Source: Eubacteriales bacterium
GTDB lineage: Bacteria > Bacillota > JASUSC01
DNA: 63,535 nucleotides
Reading direction: 5' to 3'
Assembly: GCA_030446285.1 (NCBI GenBank)
Contig: JASUSC010000001.1
Span: forward strand, 1 to 63,535
Made by a program: the position numbers and the translations under genes
The notes under the pieces: model-generated
Told to the model about the DNA's origin: nothing
Databases searched by the model: none
The model's input: only the letters and a program-made list of their open reading frames with translations
In this document: piece by piece, positions 34,500 through 43,554 of the stretch
Position numbering within the stretch: the stretch's first letter is position 1
Layout of the letters: every line of letters starts with the position of its first letter

Positions 34500-35011
34500 G
34501 TGAAACCCGGTATGATATTGGTGTCAAATCAAACACATATGACAAACAAAAGATCCTCAAAGATAAATGGTCACCCGATGTTGGAGTAGGAGCTAATAGA
34601 CGGGAAAGCACGTTTGAGCGGGCTTCTCTAGTCCGCTCCAAAACCCTTGACAAATACATTGACCAGTGCCCGTTAAAAGTCCGCAACATTGACCTGGTCA
34701 TGAACACCAGGCACAGACCGAAGAAGTCTGTTGTGAGAGTCCACAAACGCCTTTGCGGCAAAAGCATCAGTGAGCGACCTGAGAGCATTGATGAGAGACA
34801 AGAGTTCGGCCACTGGGAGATGGACGCCCTGAAAGGACCTGACTTTGTCGCAAATCGAACGGGTGCAAAACTGGTGTAATAACCTTCCCAGGAAGATAGT
34901 GGGCTAACGAAAAGCAGCGGAACTTTTTCTTCAGAAGGTAGAACAGCTACTTCAGTTATTTTCTGAAATACAAACCGCTTAATGGAAAAAACCAGTACCA
35001 TCTGGTTTCAC
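34500..35011 (+). mobile_element. IS30-family element wreck (internally deleted)
   Basis: Terminal inverted 8-mers GTGAAACC (34500) / GGTTTCAC (35004-35011). The internal fragments SERPESIDERQEFGHWEMD and VQNWCNNLPRKIVG match IS30 transposase blocks but lie in broken frames, with the catalytic core missing. Confidence 0.7.
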
Positions 35012-35089
35012 AAAAAGGGGGCGCATTTAATAAGGTTTTAGTAAATTTTTCCCACTCGGAGTTGACAGCTACCCAAAGGTCTTCTTTCC

Positions 35090-35118
35090 TTGACAGGGGG
35101 TTTTTTTCCGGTTATAAT
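35090..35118 (+). promoter_or_regulatory. perfect consensus sigma-A promoter for yceD-rpmF
   Basis: TTGACA - 17 nt - TATAAT, 21 nt upstream of the yceD-family start. Confidence 0.7.
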
Positions 35119-35138
35119 TTCCTTGTTATTGTGCTGAG

Positions 35139-35669
35139 GTGAGAGAGATGCAGCTCAACGTAGCTGAAATTAAGAGAGAGCTGGGAGCCCGGGTGGAGCA
35201 AGAAGGGACGTGGTCTTTGCCTTCCCTAGAGGTGGAAGGAACGGAGTATGTTCCTGTGGGAGCGGGCAAATACCGGGTAGAAGCTACTAACACCGGCAAG
35301 GCTCTCCTGGTTCAGGGCTGGGTGGAAGGCTCTTTCCGCGTGCCCTGTAGCCGCTGCCTGCAGGACTTTAGTCTGAAGGTGGCGGGAGATTTTGAGGAGG
35401 AGTACTGCCTGCAGCCGGAGGGGGAGGAAGGAGAGGAGGAAGGAGAGGAGAAAGGAGAAGAGAAGGTTCTGTCGGGGGATTTCCTCGACCTGACGCCGGA
35501 GTTTACCTCGACCTTGATTCTTCACCTGCCCATGAAACCCCTCTGCCGGGAGGACTGCCGCGGGCTCTGTCCTCGCTGCGGTAAGAACCGAAACGAAGGG
35601 GAATGTGAGTGCCGGACGGATGACATCGATCCCCGTCTGGAAAAGCTGAAGGAGTTTTTCAACCGGTAG
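35139..35669 (+). CDS. YceD/DUF177 family ribosome-maturation-associated protein
   Basis: CSRCL.. and CREDCRGLCPRCGKN Cys pairs, an acidic insert, and a position immediately upstream of rpmF. Confidence 0.85.
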   Translation: MREMQLNVAEIKRELGARVEQEGTWSLPSLEVEGTEYVPVGAGKYRVEATNTGKALLVQGWVEGSFRVPCSRCLQDFSLKVAGDFEEEYCLQPEGEEGEEEGEEKGEEKVLSGDFLDLTPEFTSTLILHLPMKPLCREDCRGLCPRCGKNRNEGECECRTDDIDPRLEKLKEFFNR

Positions 35670-35690
35670 TAGCGGAAGGAGGTGGAAAAA

Positions 35691-35864
35691 ATGGGTGTTG
35701 CCCAGAGCAGACGTTCGAAAGCCCGTAATCGCCGGCGCCGTGCCATGCAAAAAATTGGGGCACCAACGCTAGTTGTTTGTCCCCAGTGCCATGAGCTGAA
35801 GATGCCTCATCGCGCCTGCGCCAACTGTGGTTACTACAAAGACAGGAATGTAGCGGCCGAGTAA
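35691..35864 (+). CDS. rpmF: 50S ribosomal protein L32
   Basis: MGVAQSRRSKARNRRRRA.. and CPQCHELKMPHRACANCGYY. The ORF is also open from 35682. Confidence 0.92.
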   Translation: MGVAQSRRSKARNRRRRAMQKIGAPTLVVCPQCHELKMPHRACANCGYYKDRNVAAE

Positions 35865-35873
35865 TTTTCTTGA

Positions 35874-35908
35874 AGTAAGATAGAATTCGACTTCTATCTT
35901 ACTTTTTT
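35874..35908 (+). terminator. intrinsic terminator after rpmF
   Basis: 12-bp stem AGTAAGATAGAA / TTCTATCTTACT with loop TTCGAC, followed by a T tract. Confidence 0.85.
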
Positions 35909-35945
35909 ACTGTTGCCCTTTGTTACCAGATAATATAAACTAATA

Positions 35946-35962
35946 TTAGTACCAGGTAATAA
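35946..35962. promoter_or_regulatory. FapR operator-like imperfect palindrome
   Basis: TTAGTACC-A-GGTAATAA lies 16 nt upstream of fapR and resembles the TTAGTACC..GGTACTAA-type box of the Bacillus fap regulon. A weaker copy, TGTTACCAGATAATA, lies at 35921-35935. Confidence 0.55.
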
Positions 35963-35977
35963 AAAGGCGGGATAGAG

Positions 35978-36547
35978 GTGGCTCTATCCAAGGAAGAAAG
36001 GCAACGCAAGTTGCGCCAGGTAATTGAAGCCAATCCGTTTCTTACCGACGAAGAACTGGCCAGGATGCTGGCCGTTTCCGTGTCTACTATCCGCCTGGAC
36101 CGGGCTGAATTGGGTATTCCCGAGTTGCGCGAGCGCCTGCGCCAGATGGCCGGTGAACATTACCGGAAACTGAGGGCGCTGCGGGATCAGGAGTTAATCG
36201 GCGAGCTGCTGGACCTGCAGTTGGATAAAGAGGCCATGTCTCTCCTTACCATTGAGGAGGACATGGTGCTGAAAGGAAGCGGAGTCGCCCGGGGCCATTA
36301 TCTTTTTGCCCAGGCCAATTCCTTGGCGGTGGCGTTAGTGGATGCTCCCCAGGCCCTGACCGCCAGAGCGGTGGTGAACTTTTTGCGCCCGGTGAAAGTG
36401 GGGCAAAAAGTGCTGGCACGGGCAACGGTAAAGAGCCGCCAGGGCAAGAAATACGTCATCCAGGTATATTCCCGAGTAGAAGGGGAAACGGTTATGGAAG
36501 GCGAGTTCGTTGTTATCGCTGTAAGGGACGGAGGGAAGAAGGATTGA
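35978..36547 (+). CDS. fapR: fatty acid/phospholipid biosynthesis regulator FapR
   Basis: RQRKLRQVIEANPFLTDEELARMLAVSVSTIRLDRAELGIPELRER plus a hot-dog thioesterase-like C-terminus, upstream of plsX. Confidence 0.9.
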   Translation: MALSKEERQRKLRQVIEANPFLTDEELARMLAVSVSTIRLDRAELGIPELRERLRQMAGEHYRKLRALRDQELIGELLDLQLDKEAMSLLTIEEDMVLKGSGVARGHYLFAQANSLAVALVDAPQALTARAVVNFLRPVKVGQKVLARATVKSRQGKKYVIQVYSRVEGETVMEGEFVVIAVRDGGKKD

Positions 36548-37542
36548 AGATAGTCGTTGATGCTATGGGAGGCGATTTTGCGCCTGAGCAGATTGTGAAA
36601 GGAACAGTAGATGCTGTTAGGGAGTACGATGTTTCCGTGATTCTCTGCGGTGATGAAGAGAAAGTTGGGGCTTTGGTCCGGGCGGAAGGTGGCCAGGGTT
36701 TGCCGATAGAAATAGTGCATGCCCAGGAGGTTATCGGCATGGGAGAACCCCCGGTTACGGCTGTGCGGCGGAAGAAGAACTCCTCCATTGTGGTAGCTAC
36801 CAGGCTGGTGAAAGAAGGAAAAGGAGACGCAGTGGTGTCGGCGGGGAGTACCGGGGCAGCCATGGCTGCGGCTCTGTTTATCCTGGGACGAATTAAAGGG
36901 ATCGACAGGCCGGCCATAGCCAGTATTATTCCCACCGTCAAAGGTCTTACCCTCCTCATTGACGTTGGGGCCAACGCCACCTGTACTCCGGAAAATCTTT
37001 ATCAGTTTGGAATGATGGGCAGCATTTATGCTGAAAAGATAATGGGAATCCCCACGCCTAGAGTGGGGCTCCTTAACATTGGTGAAGAAGAGGGGAAGGG
37101 TAACGAGACGGTTCAGGAAGCCTATGAACTGTTGAAAAATTCTGCCTTAAACTTTATTGGCAACGTGGAGGGGAGAGATATTACTGCCGGCAAAGCCGAT
37201 GTCATCGTATGTGAGGGTTTTGTGGGGAACGTAGTGTTGAAGTTTGGGGAAGGATTGGCCAGAGACCTTTTGCAAATGATTAAGGAAGAAGTTAAGAAAG
37301 ATTTTCTCGCCCGCTTAGGGGCGATGCTGTTTTTCTCCCGCGCCAGGGGTCTCAGACGGCGCATTGATCATCGAGAATACGGAGGCGCACCGCTTTTAGG
37401 GGTTGACGGTGTCTGTATCATTGCCCACGGCAGTTCCGACCGGGTGGCGGTGAAAAACGCCATCCGGGTGGCCAAGGAGTGTTTAGAAAACAACGTCAAC
37501 GGTTTGATTAAAGAGACGCTGATGGCGGTGGAGCAAAGCTGA
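36544..37542 (+). CDS. plsX: phosphate acyltransferase PlsX
   Basis: KIVVDAMGGDFAPEQIVKG, VSAGSTGA, GAPLLGVDGVCIIAHGSS. Confidence 0.93.
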   Translation: MKIVVDAMGGDFAPEQIVKGTVDAVREYDVSVILCGDEEKVGALVRAEGGQGLPIEIVHAQEVIGMGEPPVTAVRRKKNSSIVVATRLVKEGKGDAVVSAGSTGAAMAAALFILGRIKGIDRPAIASIIPTVKGLTLLIDVGANATCTPENLYQFGMMGSIYAEKIMGIPTPRVGLLNIGEEEGKGNETVQEAYELLKNSALNFIGNVEGRDITAGKADVIVCEGFVGNVVLKFGEGLARDLLQMIKEEVKKDFLARLGAMLFFSRARGLRRRIDHREYGGAPLLGVDGVCIIAHGSSDRVAVKNAIRVAKECLENNVNGLIKETLMAVEQS

Positions 37543-37560
37543 GCGGAGAGGGGACCTGGA

Positions 37561-38583
37561 ATGAAAGGAATTATACCTGCCGGGATTACCGGGACGGGAT
37601 CGTATTTGCCGGAAAAGGTGCTGAGCAATTTTGATTTGGAAAAAATGGTGGATACCAGCGATGAATGGATTCGGACCCGGACGGGAATCAGGGAACGCCG
37701 GATTGCCGCGGAGGGGGAGGCTACTTCTGACTTAGGAGCGGCTGCGGCCAGGCGGGCCCTGGAGGATGCTGGGGTTGATCCGGCAGAAGTGGAGCTCATC
37801 ATCTGCGCCACTGTAACCCCGGACATGCTTTTTCCAGCCACGGCTTGCTTGATTCAAAAGAAAATTGGTGCTGGGAATGCCGCGGCTTTCGATCTTTCCG
37901 CCGGGTGTTCCGGTTTTGTTTACGCTTTGGCGGTGGGAGCCGGTTTTATCAACAATGGCTGCTACCGCAAGGTTTTAGTGGTGGGGGCGGAGGTTCTGTC
38001 CCGCATCACTGACTGGACCGACCGTTCCACCTGTGTCCTCTTCGGTGACGGCGCGGGGGCGGTTTTGCTGGAACCAGTACCGGAGGGTTACGGTCTCTTG
38101 GCTGTGGAGTTGGGAGCCAACGGCAGTTACGCCGATCTCATTTACCTGCCAGGGGGAGGTTCCCTCCATCCCTGCCGGGAGGAGACGGTGCGGCAGGGCA
38201 TGCACTACATCAAGATGTCCGGCCAGGGGTTGTTCAAAATTGCCGTTAAGGTGATGGAAGAGGCATCCTTGAAGGCTATTGAGAAAGCCGGTCTCAAGTT
38301 AGAAGACGTGGATTTTTTGATTCCCCACCAGGCCAACATTCGCATTATCGAAGCTGCGGCCAAACGGCTTAATCTGGATATGGAGCGGGTTTACGTCAAC
38401 ATTGACCGCTACGGCAATATTTCTGCCGCTACCATTCCCGTAGCTCTGGATGAGGCCTGGCGGCAAGGCCGGTTGCGGGAAGGAGATAACGTGGTTCTGG
38501 TGGGATTTGGTGCCGGCATGACCTGGGCAGCCGGTGTGCTGCGTTGGAGCAAAAAAAGACGGGAGGGGGAGGCCCGGTGCTGA
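37561..38583 (+). CDS. fabH: beta-ketoacyl-ACP synthase III
   Basis: DTSDEWIRTRTGIRERR, active-site AGCSGFVYAL, HQANIRII, GNISAATIP. Confidence 0.93.
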   Translation: MKGIIPAGITGTGSYLPEKVLSNFDLEKMVDTSDEWIRTRTGIRERRIAAEGEATSDLGAAAARRALEDAGVDPAEVELIICATVTPDMLFPATACLIQKKIGAGNAAAFDLSAGCSGFVYALAVGAGFINNGCYRKVLVVGAEVLSRITDWTDRSTCVLFGDGAGAVLLEPVPEGYGLLAVELGANGSYADLIYLPGGGSLHPCREETVRQGMHYIKMSGQGLFKIAVKVMEEASLKAIEKAGLKLEDVDFLIPHQANIRIIEAAAKRLNLDMERVYVNIDRYGNISAATIPVALDEAWRQGRLREGDNVVLVGFGAGMTWAAGVLRWSKKRREGEARC

Positions 38584-39515
38584 GAACGGTTTTGTGTGAC
38601 CTTTTGAGAATAGAGTACCCCATTCTCCAGGGTGGTATGGCCTGGACTTCAACCGGGGAGTTAGCGGCGGCGGTTTCGGCTGCCGGTGGTCTGGGGATAA
38701 TCGGATCTGGCAATGCTCCGGCAGACTGGGTGCGACAAGAGATTCGGAAGGTGAGGGCGTGTACGGACAGGCCTTTTGGAGTCAACGTCATGCTCATGTC
38801 ACCGCATGTCGAAGAGGTAATGCAGGTTATTCTGGAGGAGAGAGTGCCAGTGGTAACCACCGGTGCCGGTAACCCGGGGAAGTACATCCCGGCTTTGAAG
38901 GAGCGGGGCACAAAGGTTATCCCTGTGATTCCTTCGGTAGCTTTGGCCCAGCGGATGGAGCGGGCGGGAGCCGATGCGGTAATTGCCGAAGGAACGGAGT
39001 CAGGCGGCCACGTGGGTGAGCTCACCACCCTGGCCCTGGTGCCGCAGGTGGTGGATGCCGTCAGCATTCCGGTGATTGCCGCCGGCGGTATTGGCGACGG
39101 CCGGGGCCTGGTGGCGGCTCTGGCTCTGGGAGCTGTAGGGGTCCAGATGGGCACCCGTTTTATGGTGGCGGAGGAATGTACCATCCATCCCCGGGTAAAG
39201 GAGGCTATAATAAAAGCCAAGGACCGGGACACGGTGGTCACCGGCCGCAGTACCGGCCATCCCGTTCGTTGCCTGAAAAACAAATTTGCCCGGCAGTTTG
39301 AAGAGATGGAAAAACAAGGGGTACCGGTGGAGGAGTTAGAGCGTTTTGGCACCGGCAAGCTGAAGGCGGCTATGGTGGATGGTGATATTGAGAACGGCTC
39401 CGTCATGATGGGGCAAATCGCCGGCTTAGTGAAAAAAATTCAACCGGCGGCGGAGATTATTGCCGAGATAATGCAGGAGGCGGAGCAGGTCCTGAAACGG
39501 TTAGGGGTGAAATAA
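38577..39515 (+). CDS. fabK: enoyl-ACP reductase FabK (nitronate monooxygenase family)
   Basis: IEYPILQGGMAWTS, AEGTESGGHVG, IPVIAAGGIGDGRG. The GTG at 38577 overlaps the fabH stop (GTGCTGA). Confidence 0.85.
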   Translation: MLRTVLCDLLRIEYPILQGGMAWTSTGELAAAVSAAGGLGIIGSGNAPADWVRQEIRKVRACTDRPFGVNVMLMSPHVEEVMQVILEERVPVVTTGAGNPGKYIPALKERGTKVIPVIPSVALAQRMERAGADAVIAEGTESGGHVGELTTLALVPQVVDAVSIPVIAAGGIGDGRGLVAALALGAVGVQMGTRFMVAEECTIHPRVKEAIIKAKDRDTVVTGRSTGHPVRCLKNKFARQFEEMEKQGVPVEELERFGTGKLKAAMVDGDIENGSVMMGQIAGLVKKIQPAAEIIAEIMQEAEQVLKRLGVK

Positions 39516-40459
39516 TGGCGCTGGCCTTCGTTTTTCCCGGGCAGGGGTCCCAGTTTGTCGGCATGGGCCGGGATGTGTACGAACATTTTCCGGAGGCGCG
39601 GGAAGTTTTTGCAGAAGCCGACCGGATCCTTCCCTTTAAAGTGAGCGAGCTCTGTTTTAACGGACCGGAAGAAAAATTGAATCTCACCGCCTACACCCAA
39701 CCGGCCATCCTCACGGTTAGCGTTGCCTGCTGGCGGGTTCTCGCTGCTGCCGGGCTTAAACCTCAGGTGGTGGCCGGTCACAGTCTGGGTGAGTACACAG
39801 CTCTGGTGGCTGCGGGAGCCCTCGATTTCGCGGACGCTCTCAAACTGGTTTACCGACGGGGTACATATATGCAGGAGGCGGCGCCGGTGGGCTTCGGCGG
39901 GATGGCGGCGGTGCTTGGTTTGGAACGGGAAAAGTTAGAGGAGATCTGTGCCCGGGTGTCGGATGAGACAGGACGGGTAGAGGTGGCTAACTACAACTGC
40001 CCTGGCCAGATTGTTCTCTCAGGCGAAAAGGGAGCCTTAGAACGGGCGGCGGCGGCAGCGGAGGCAGCGGGAGCCAGGCGGGTGGTGTTTCTGACGGTTA
40101 GTGGTCCCTTCCATTCCAGCTATATGCGTCTGGCCGGGGAAAAGTTGGCAGCGGAGTTAGCCCGGGTGACTTTCCGGAATCCGGAAGTGCCCGTGGTAGC
40201 CAACGTCCACGCCCAGCCTGTCACCGCGGCGGCCGAGATTCCTTCCCTTTTGGTGGAGCAGCTCAGCAGTTCTGTTCGCTGGGAAGACGGGGTGCGGACG
40301 ATGATTGATAATATGGGCGTGGATACTTTTATTGAGATAGGTCCCGGCAAAGTTCTCAGCGGGCTGATTAAAAAGATTGACCGGCGGTGCCGGGTGGAAA
40401 ATGCGGGGGACAAGGAGAGTCTTGAAAATCTGCTTGCCAAAGCAAAGGAGGTTAATTAA
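39515..40459 (+). CDS. fabD: malonyl-CoA:ACP transacylase
   Basis: FVFPGQGSQFVGMG, GHSLGEYTALV. Confidence 0.93.
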   Translation: MALAFVFPGQGSQFVGMGRDVYEHFPEAREVFAEADRILPFKVSELCFNGPEEKLNLTAYTQPAILTVSVACWRVLAAAGLKPQVVAGHSLGEYTALVAAGALDFADALKLVYRRGTYMQEAAPVGFGGMAAVLGLEREKLEEICARVSDETGRVEVANYNCPGQIVLSGEKGALERAAAAAEAAGARRVVFLTVSGPFHSSYMRLAGEKLAAELARVTFRNPEVPVVANVHAQPVTAAAEIPSLLVEQLSSSVRWEDGVRTMIDNMGVDTFIEIGPGKVLSGLIKKIDRRCRVENAGDKESLENLLAKAKEVN

Positions 40460-40460
40460 A

Positions 40461-41204
40461 ATGTTTCTTGAGGAAAAGACGGCCATTGTTACCGGTGCTT
40501 CCCGGGGGATTGGCAAAGCCATTGCCGTGGCCTTGGCGCGAGAGGGGGCGACGGTGGTGATAAACGACCTCAGCCAGGAAGCGGCCGAGGCGGCGGCGGC
40601 TGAGATCAGGGCTAACAACGGTCGGGCCATAGCGATGGCCGCGGACGTGGCTGACAGCGCCCAGGTAGAAACCATGGTTACCCGGGTGATGGAAGAGTGC
40701 GGGCGCATTGATATCCTGGTGAATAACGCCGGCATTACCCGTGATACACTGTTACTGAGGATGAAGGAAGAAGACTGGGATGCCGTTCTCAACGTGAATT
40801 TAAAAGGGGTTTTTAACTGTACCAAAGCAGTCAGTCGGTTTATGATCAAGCAGCGGTCCGGCGTTATCGTTAACATTGCCTCGGTGGTAGCCGTGATGGG
40901 TAACATAGGGCAGGCAAACTATGCTGCTGCCAAAGCTGGTATCTTAGGTTTTACCAAGGCGGTGGCCCGGGAGTTGGCCAGCCGGGGAATAAGGGTAAAC
41001 GCAGTCGCACCGGGATACATTCAGACTGATATGACGGAAAAAATCCCCGAGGAGATAAAGGCTAAACTAATAGAGAGCATTCCACTGGGCTTTATCGGAC
41101 AACCGGAAGATGTGGCGGAAGCGGTTCTTTTCCTGGTTTCCCCTGCTGCGCGTTACATAACGGGACAGACCCTGCATGTTAACGGTGGCATGGTGATGGT
41201 GTGA
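40461..41204 (+). CDS. fabG: 3-oxoacyl-ACP reductase
   Basis: [27 protein letters not shown]. Confidence 0.93.
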   Translation: MFLEEKTAIVTGASRGIGKAIAVALAREGATVVINDLSQEAAEAAAAEIRANNGRAIAMAADVADSAQVETMVTRVMEECGRIDILVNNAGITRDTLLLRMKEEDWDAVLNVNLKGVFNCTKAVSRFMIKQRSGVIVNIASVVAVMGNIGQANYAAAKAGILGFTKAVARELASRGIRVNAVAPGYIQTDMTEKIPEEIKAKLIESIPLGFIGQPEDVAEAVLFLVSPAARYITGQTLHVNGGMVMV

Positions 41205-41238
41205 TGGAATCTGGGAGGCCGGGGAAGGAGGTGAAGAA

Positions 41239-41472
41239 ATGGCAACGGTGTTCGACCGGGTGAAGAAAATAATTGTGGAACAACTCGGAGTAGAAGAAGA
41301 CGAAGTTACTCCCGAGGCTTCTTTTATCGATGATCTGGGGGCCGATTCCCTGGATGTAATGGAACTGGTTATGGCTTTAGAAGAGGAGTTCGATATGCAA
41401 ATTTCCGATGAGGATGCGGAGAAAATCCGTACGGTGGGAGATGTGGTAAACTATATTCAGGAGCGTTTATAA
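41239..41472 (+). CDS. acpP: acyl carrier protein
   Basis: [20 protein letters not shown] (phosphopantetheine Ser motif). Confidence 0.95.
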   Translation: MATVFDRVKKIIVEQLGVEEDEVTPEASFIDDLGADSLDVMELVMALEEEFDMQISDEDAEKIRTVGDVVNYIQERL

Positions 41473-41573
41473 TTAGTTACTCTGGTCTAAGTAAGAGTCC
41501 CGCAGTTCTGCGGGGCTCTTTTGGAATTGGCAATTTTTCGACGGGGCATTCCCTGCGGAGCCGGAGGTGCTTT

Positions 41574-42815
41574 ATGAAAAGAAGGGTAGTTATCACCGGA
41601 ATGGGGGTTGTTTCTCCCAACGGAAATGAGCTCAATACATTTTGGGACAACATTATCAACGGACGTTCCGGCATAAAGGCAGTGGACCGGTTTGATACTT
41701 CCCAGTTGCCGGCACGGATTGCCGGGTTGGTGAAAGATTTTGAACCGGAACAGTACATAGACAAGAAAGAAATTCGCCGGATGGACCGCAGCACCCATTT
41801 CGCCATGGCGGCTGCCCAGATGGCGATAGAAGATGCGGGGCTGGAACCGGAAAAGGAAGACAGGGAGCGCATTGGGGTGGTTTTCGGTTCCGGTATCGGC
41901 GGTATTGAGACGCTGGAAAACCAGATTTTAGTAATGGCTGCCAAAGGGCCGGGCAAGGTAAGCCCGTTCTTGGTTCCCATGATGATTCCTAACATTTCCG
42001 CCAGTCAGATTGCCATTCGTTACGGGTTTAAAGGTCCCAACATTACTACGGTAACTGCCTGTGCTTCGGCTACCAACGCCATCGGGGAGGCGGTGCGGGT
42101 CATCCAGCGGGGCGATGCCGACGTGGTGATTACCGGCGGAACGGAAGCCCCCATCTGCCCCATTTCCATGGCGGCTTTCTGCGCTATGCGGGCCCTTTCC
42201 ACCCGCAACGAGGAGCCGGAGAAGGCCAGCCGGCCTTTTGATGCCGAGCGGGACGGGTTTGTCATGGGCGAAGGAGCTGGTGTGCTGGTGGTGGAAGCGC
42301 TGGAACACGCCCAGGCCCGGGGGGCCAGAATCTATGCCGAAATTGCCGGCTACGGTGTTACCTGTGACGCTTACCATATTACCGCTCCCGACCCGGTAGG
42401 AACAGGAGCAGCTAAAGCTATGGAGCTGGCCATAGCCGACGCCGGTCTCAAGCCGGAGGATGTAGACTACATCAATGCCCACGGTACTTCTACTCCCCTG
42501 GGAGATAAAGGTGAGACCCTGGCCATTAAGAGGGTGTTCGGTGAACACGCTTCCCGGCTGGCGGTGAGTTCGACCAAATCCATGACCGGGCACTTGCTGG
42601 GAGCAGCCGGGGGTATTGAAACCATTATCACTGCTTTGACTGTTTATCACGATGTAATCCCGCCTACAATAAATTTAGATAATCCCGACCCGGAATGTGA
42701 CCTGGATTACGTTCCTCACCAAGCGCGCCGGCAAGAAGTACGGGTGGCCCTCAACAACTCTTTTGGCTTTGGCGGGCACAATGCGGTTCTCCTGCTCAAG
42801 AAGTTCGTGCCCTGA
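41574..42815 (+). CDS. fabF: beta-ketoacyl-ACP synthase II
   Basis: [47 protein letters not shown]. Confidence 0.95.
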   Translation: MKRRVVITGMGVVSPNGNELNTFWDNIINGRSGIKAVDRFDTSQLPARIAGLVKDFEPEQYIDKKEIRRMDRSTHFAMAAAQMAIEDAGLEPEKEDRERIGVVFGSGIGGIETLENQILVMAAKGPGKVSPFLVPMMIPNISASQIAIRYGFKGPNITTVTACASATNAIGEAVRVIQRGDADVVITGGTEAPICPISMAAFCAMRALSTRNEEPEKASRPFDAERDGFVMGEGAGVLVVEALEHAQARGARIYAEIAGYGVTCDAYHITAPDPVGTGAAKAMELAIADAGLKPEDVDYINAHGTSTPLGDKGETLAIKRVFGEHASRLAVSSTKSMTGHLLGAAGGIETIITALTVYHDVIPPTINLDNPDPECDLDYVPHQARRQEVRVALNNSFGFGGHNAVLLLKKFVP

Positions 42816-42834
42816 CGATTGTGGAGGTGGCACT

Positions 42835-43554
42835 TTGACGGAAGATTACCGGGAGGAAAAGGCGCGGGAGTTTTGTGCTTTTTTAGGCCTTAAGACGGAA
42901 GATTGCCGGCTAATTGCCCAGGCTTTAACCCATAGTTCTTATGCCCATGAAGTGCTCAACGACCCTTTAGCCAGTAACCAGCGGTTAGAGTTTTTGGGGG
43001 ATGCGGTGTTGCAGCTGGTGGTAAGCCAGTATCTGTATGAGAGGTATCCGGATTTTCCGGAGGGAACCCTTACCCGCCTGCGGGCTGCTCTGGTTTGTGA
43101 GGCTACCCTGGCGGCAATAGCCGGTAAGCTCCAGTTAGGCCGATATTTTTTTATGGGAAAAGGGGAGGAAGCTTCCGGTGGCAGAAGGCGGTCTTCCAAC
43201 CTGGCGGACGGCATGGAGGCTTTGTTGGGGGCCCTTTACCTGCAGGGAGGGTTTGCTGCTGCCCGCAATTTCATCATTCCTCACTTAGAGCCAGTGCTGG
43301 CAGAAGTGCTGGCCCGGGGGGGTCTGTACGGCGATTACAAGACAGAGCTCCAGGAACTGGTGCAGAAGCGCGGGTTGGGGGAAGTGAAATACCGCATTCT
43401 TCAGGAAGAGGGCCCGCCCCATAACCGCATTTTTCAGGCCGCCGTTTTTATCGGTGACAGGCAGTGGGGTGTGGGGGAAGGCAGGTCGAAAAAAGAGGCC
43501 GAGCAGGAGGCGGCCTGCCAGGCTCTGAGGAGGTTGCGGGAAGGAGAAAAATGA
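42835..43554 (+). CDS. rnc: ribonuclease III
   Basis: NQRLEFLGDAVLQLVVSQYLY signature and a dsRBD (GPPHNRIFQAAVFIGDRQWGVGEGRSKKEAEQEAA). TTG start suggested; the ORF-track start at 42697 lies inside fabF. Confidence 0.9.
   Translation: MTEDYREEKAREFCAFLGLKTEDCRLIAQALTHSSYAHEVLNDPLASNQRLEFLGDAVLQLVVSQYLYERYPDFPEGTLTRLRAALVCEATLAAIAGKLQLGRYFFMGKGEEASGGRRRSSNLADGMEALLGALYLQGGFAAARNFIIPHLEPVLAEVLARGGLYGDYKTELQELVQKRGLGEVKYRILQEEGPPHNRIFQAAVFIGDRQWGVGEGRSKKEAEQEAACQALRRLREGEK

Noticed and set aside
34399-35001. 200-aa minus-strand ORF
   Set aside because: It lies antisense across the MBL fragment and the IS30-like wreck. It has no motifs, and the plus-strand fragments explain the sequence.
26434-35011. 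Composite transposon interpretation of the island
   Set aside because: The two flanking IS wrecks belong to different families (rve/ISNCY-like versus IS30-like), and I could find no direct repeats flanking the whole unit. Independent insertions and decay are more likely.
38429-39406. 325-aa minus-strand ORF opposite fabK (also 40157..40906 opposite fabD/fabG, 41928..42650 opposite fabF, 36513..36980 and 37368..37841 opposite plsX/fabH)
   Set aside because: They are antisense shadows of well-recognised fab genes. They have no motifs and a Ser/Thr/Pro/Arg-rich composition.
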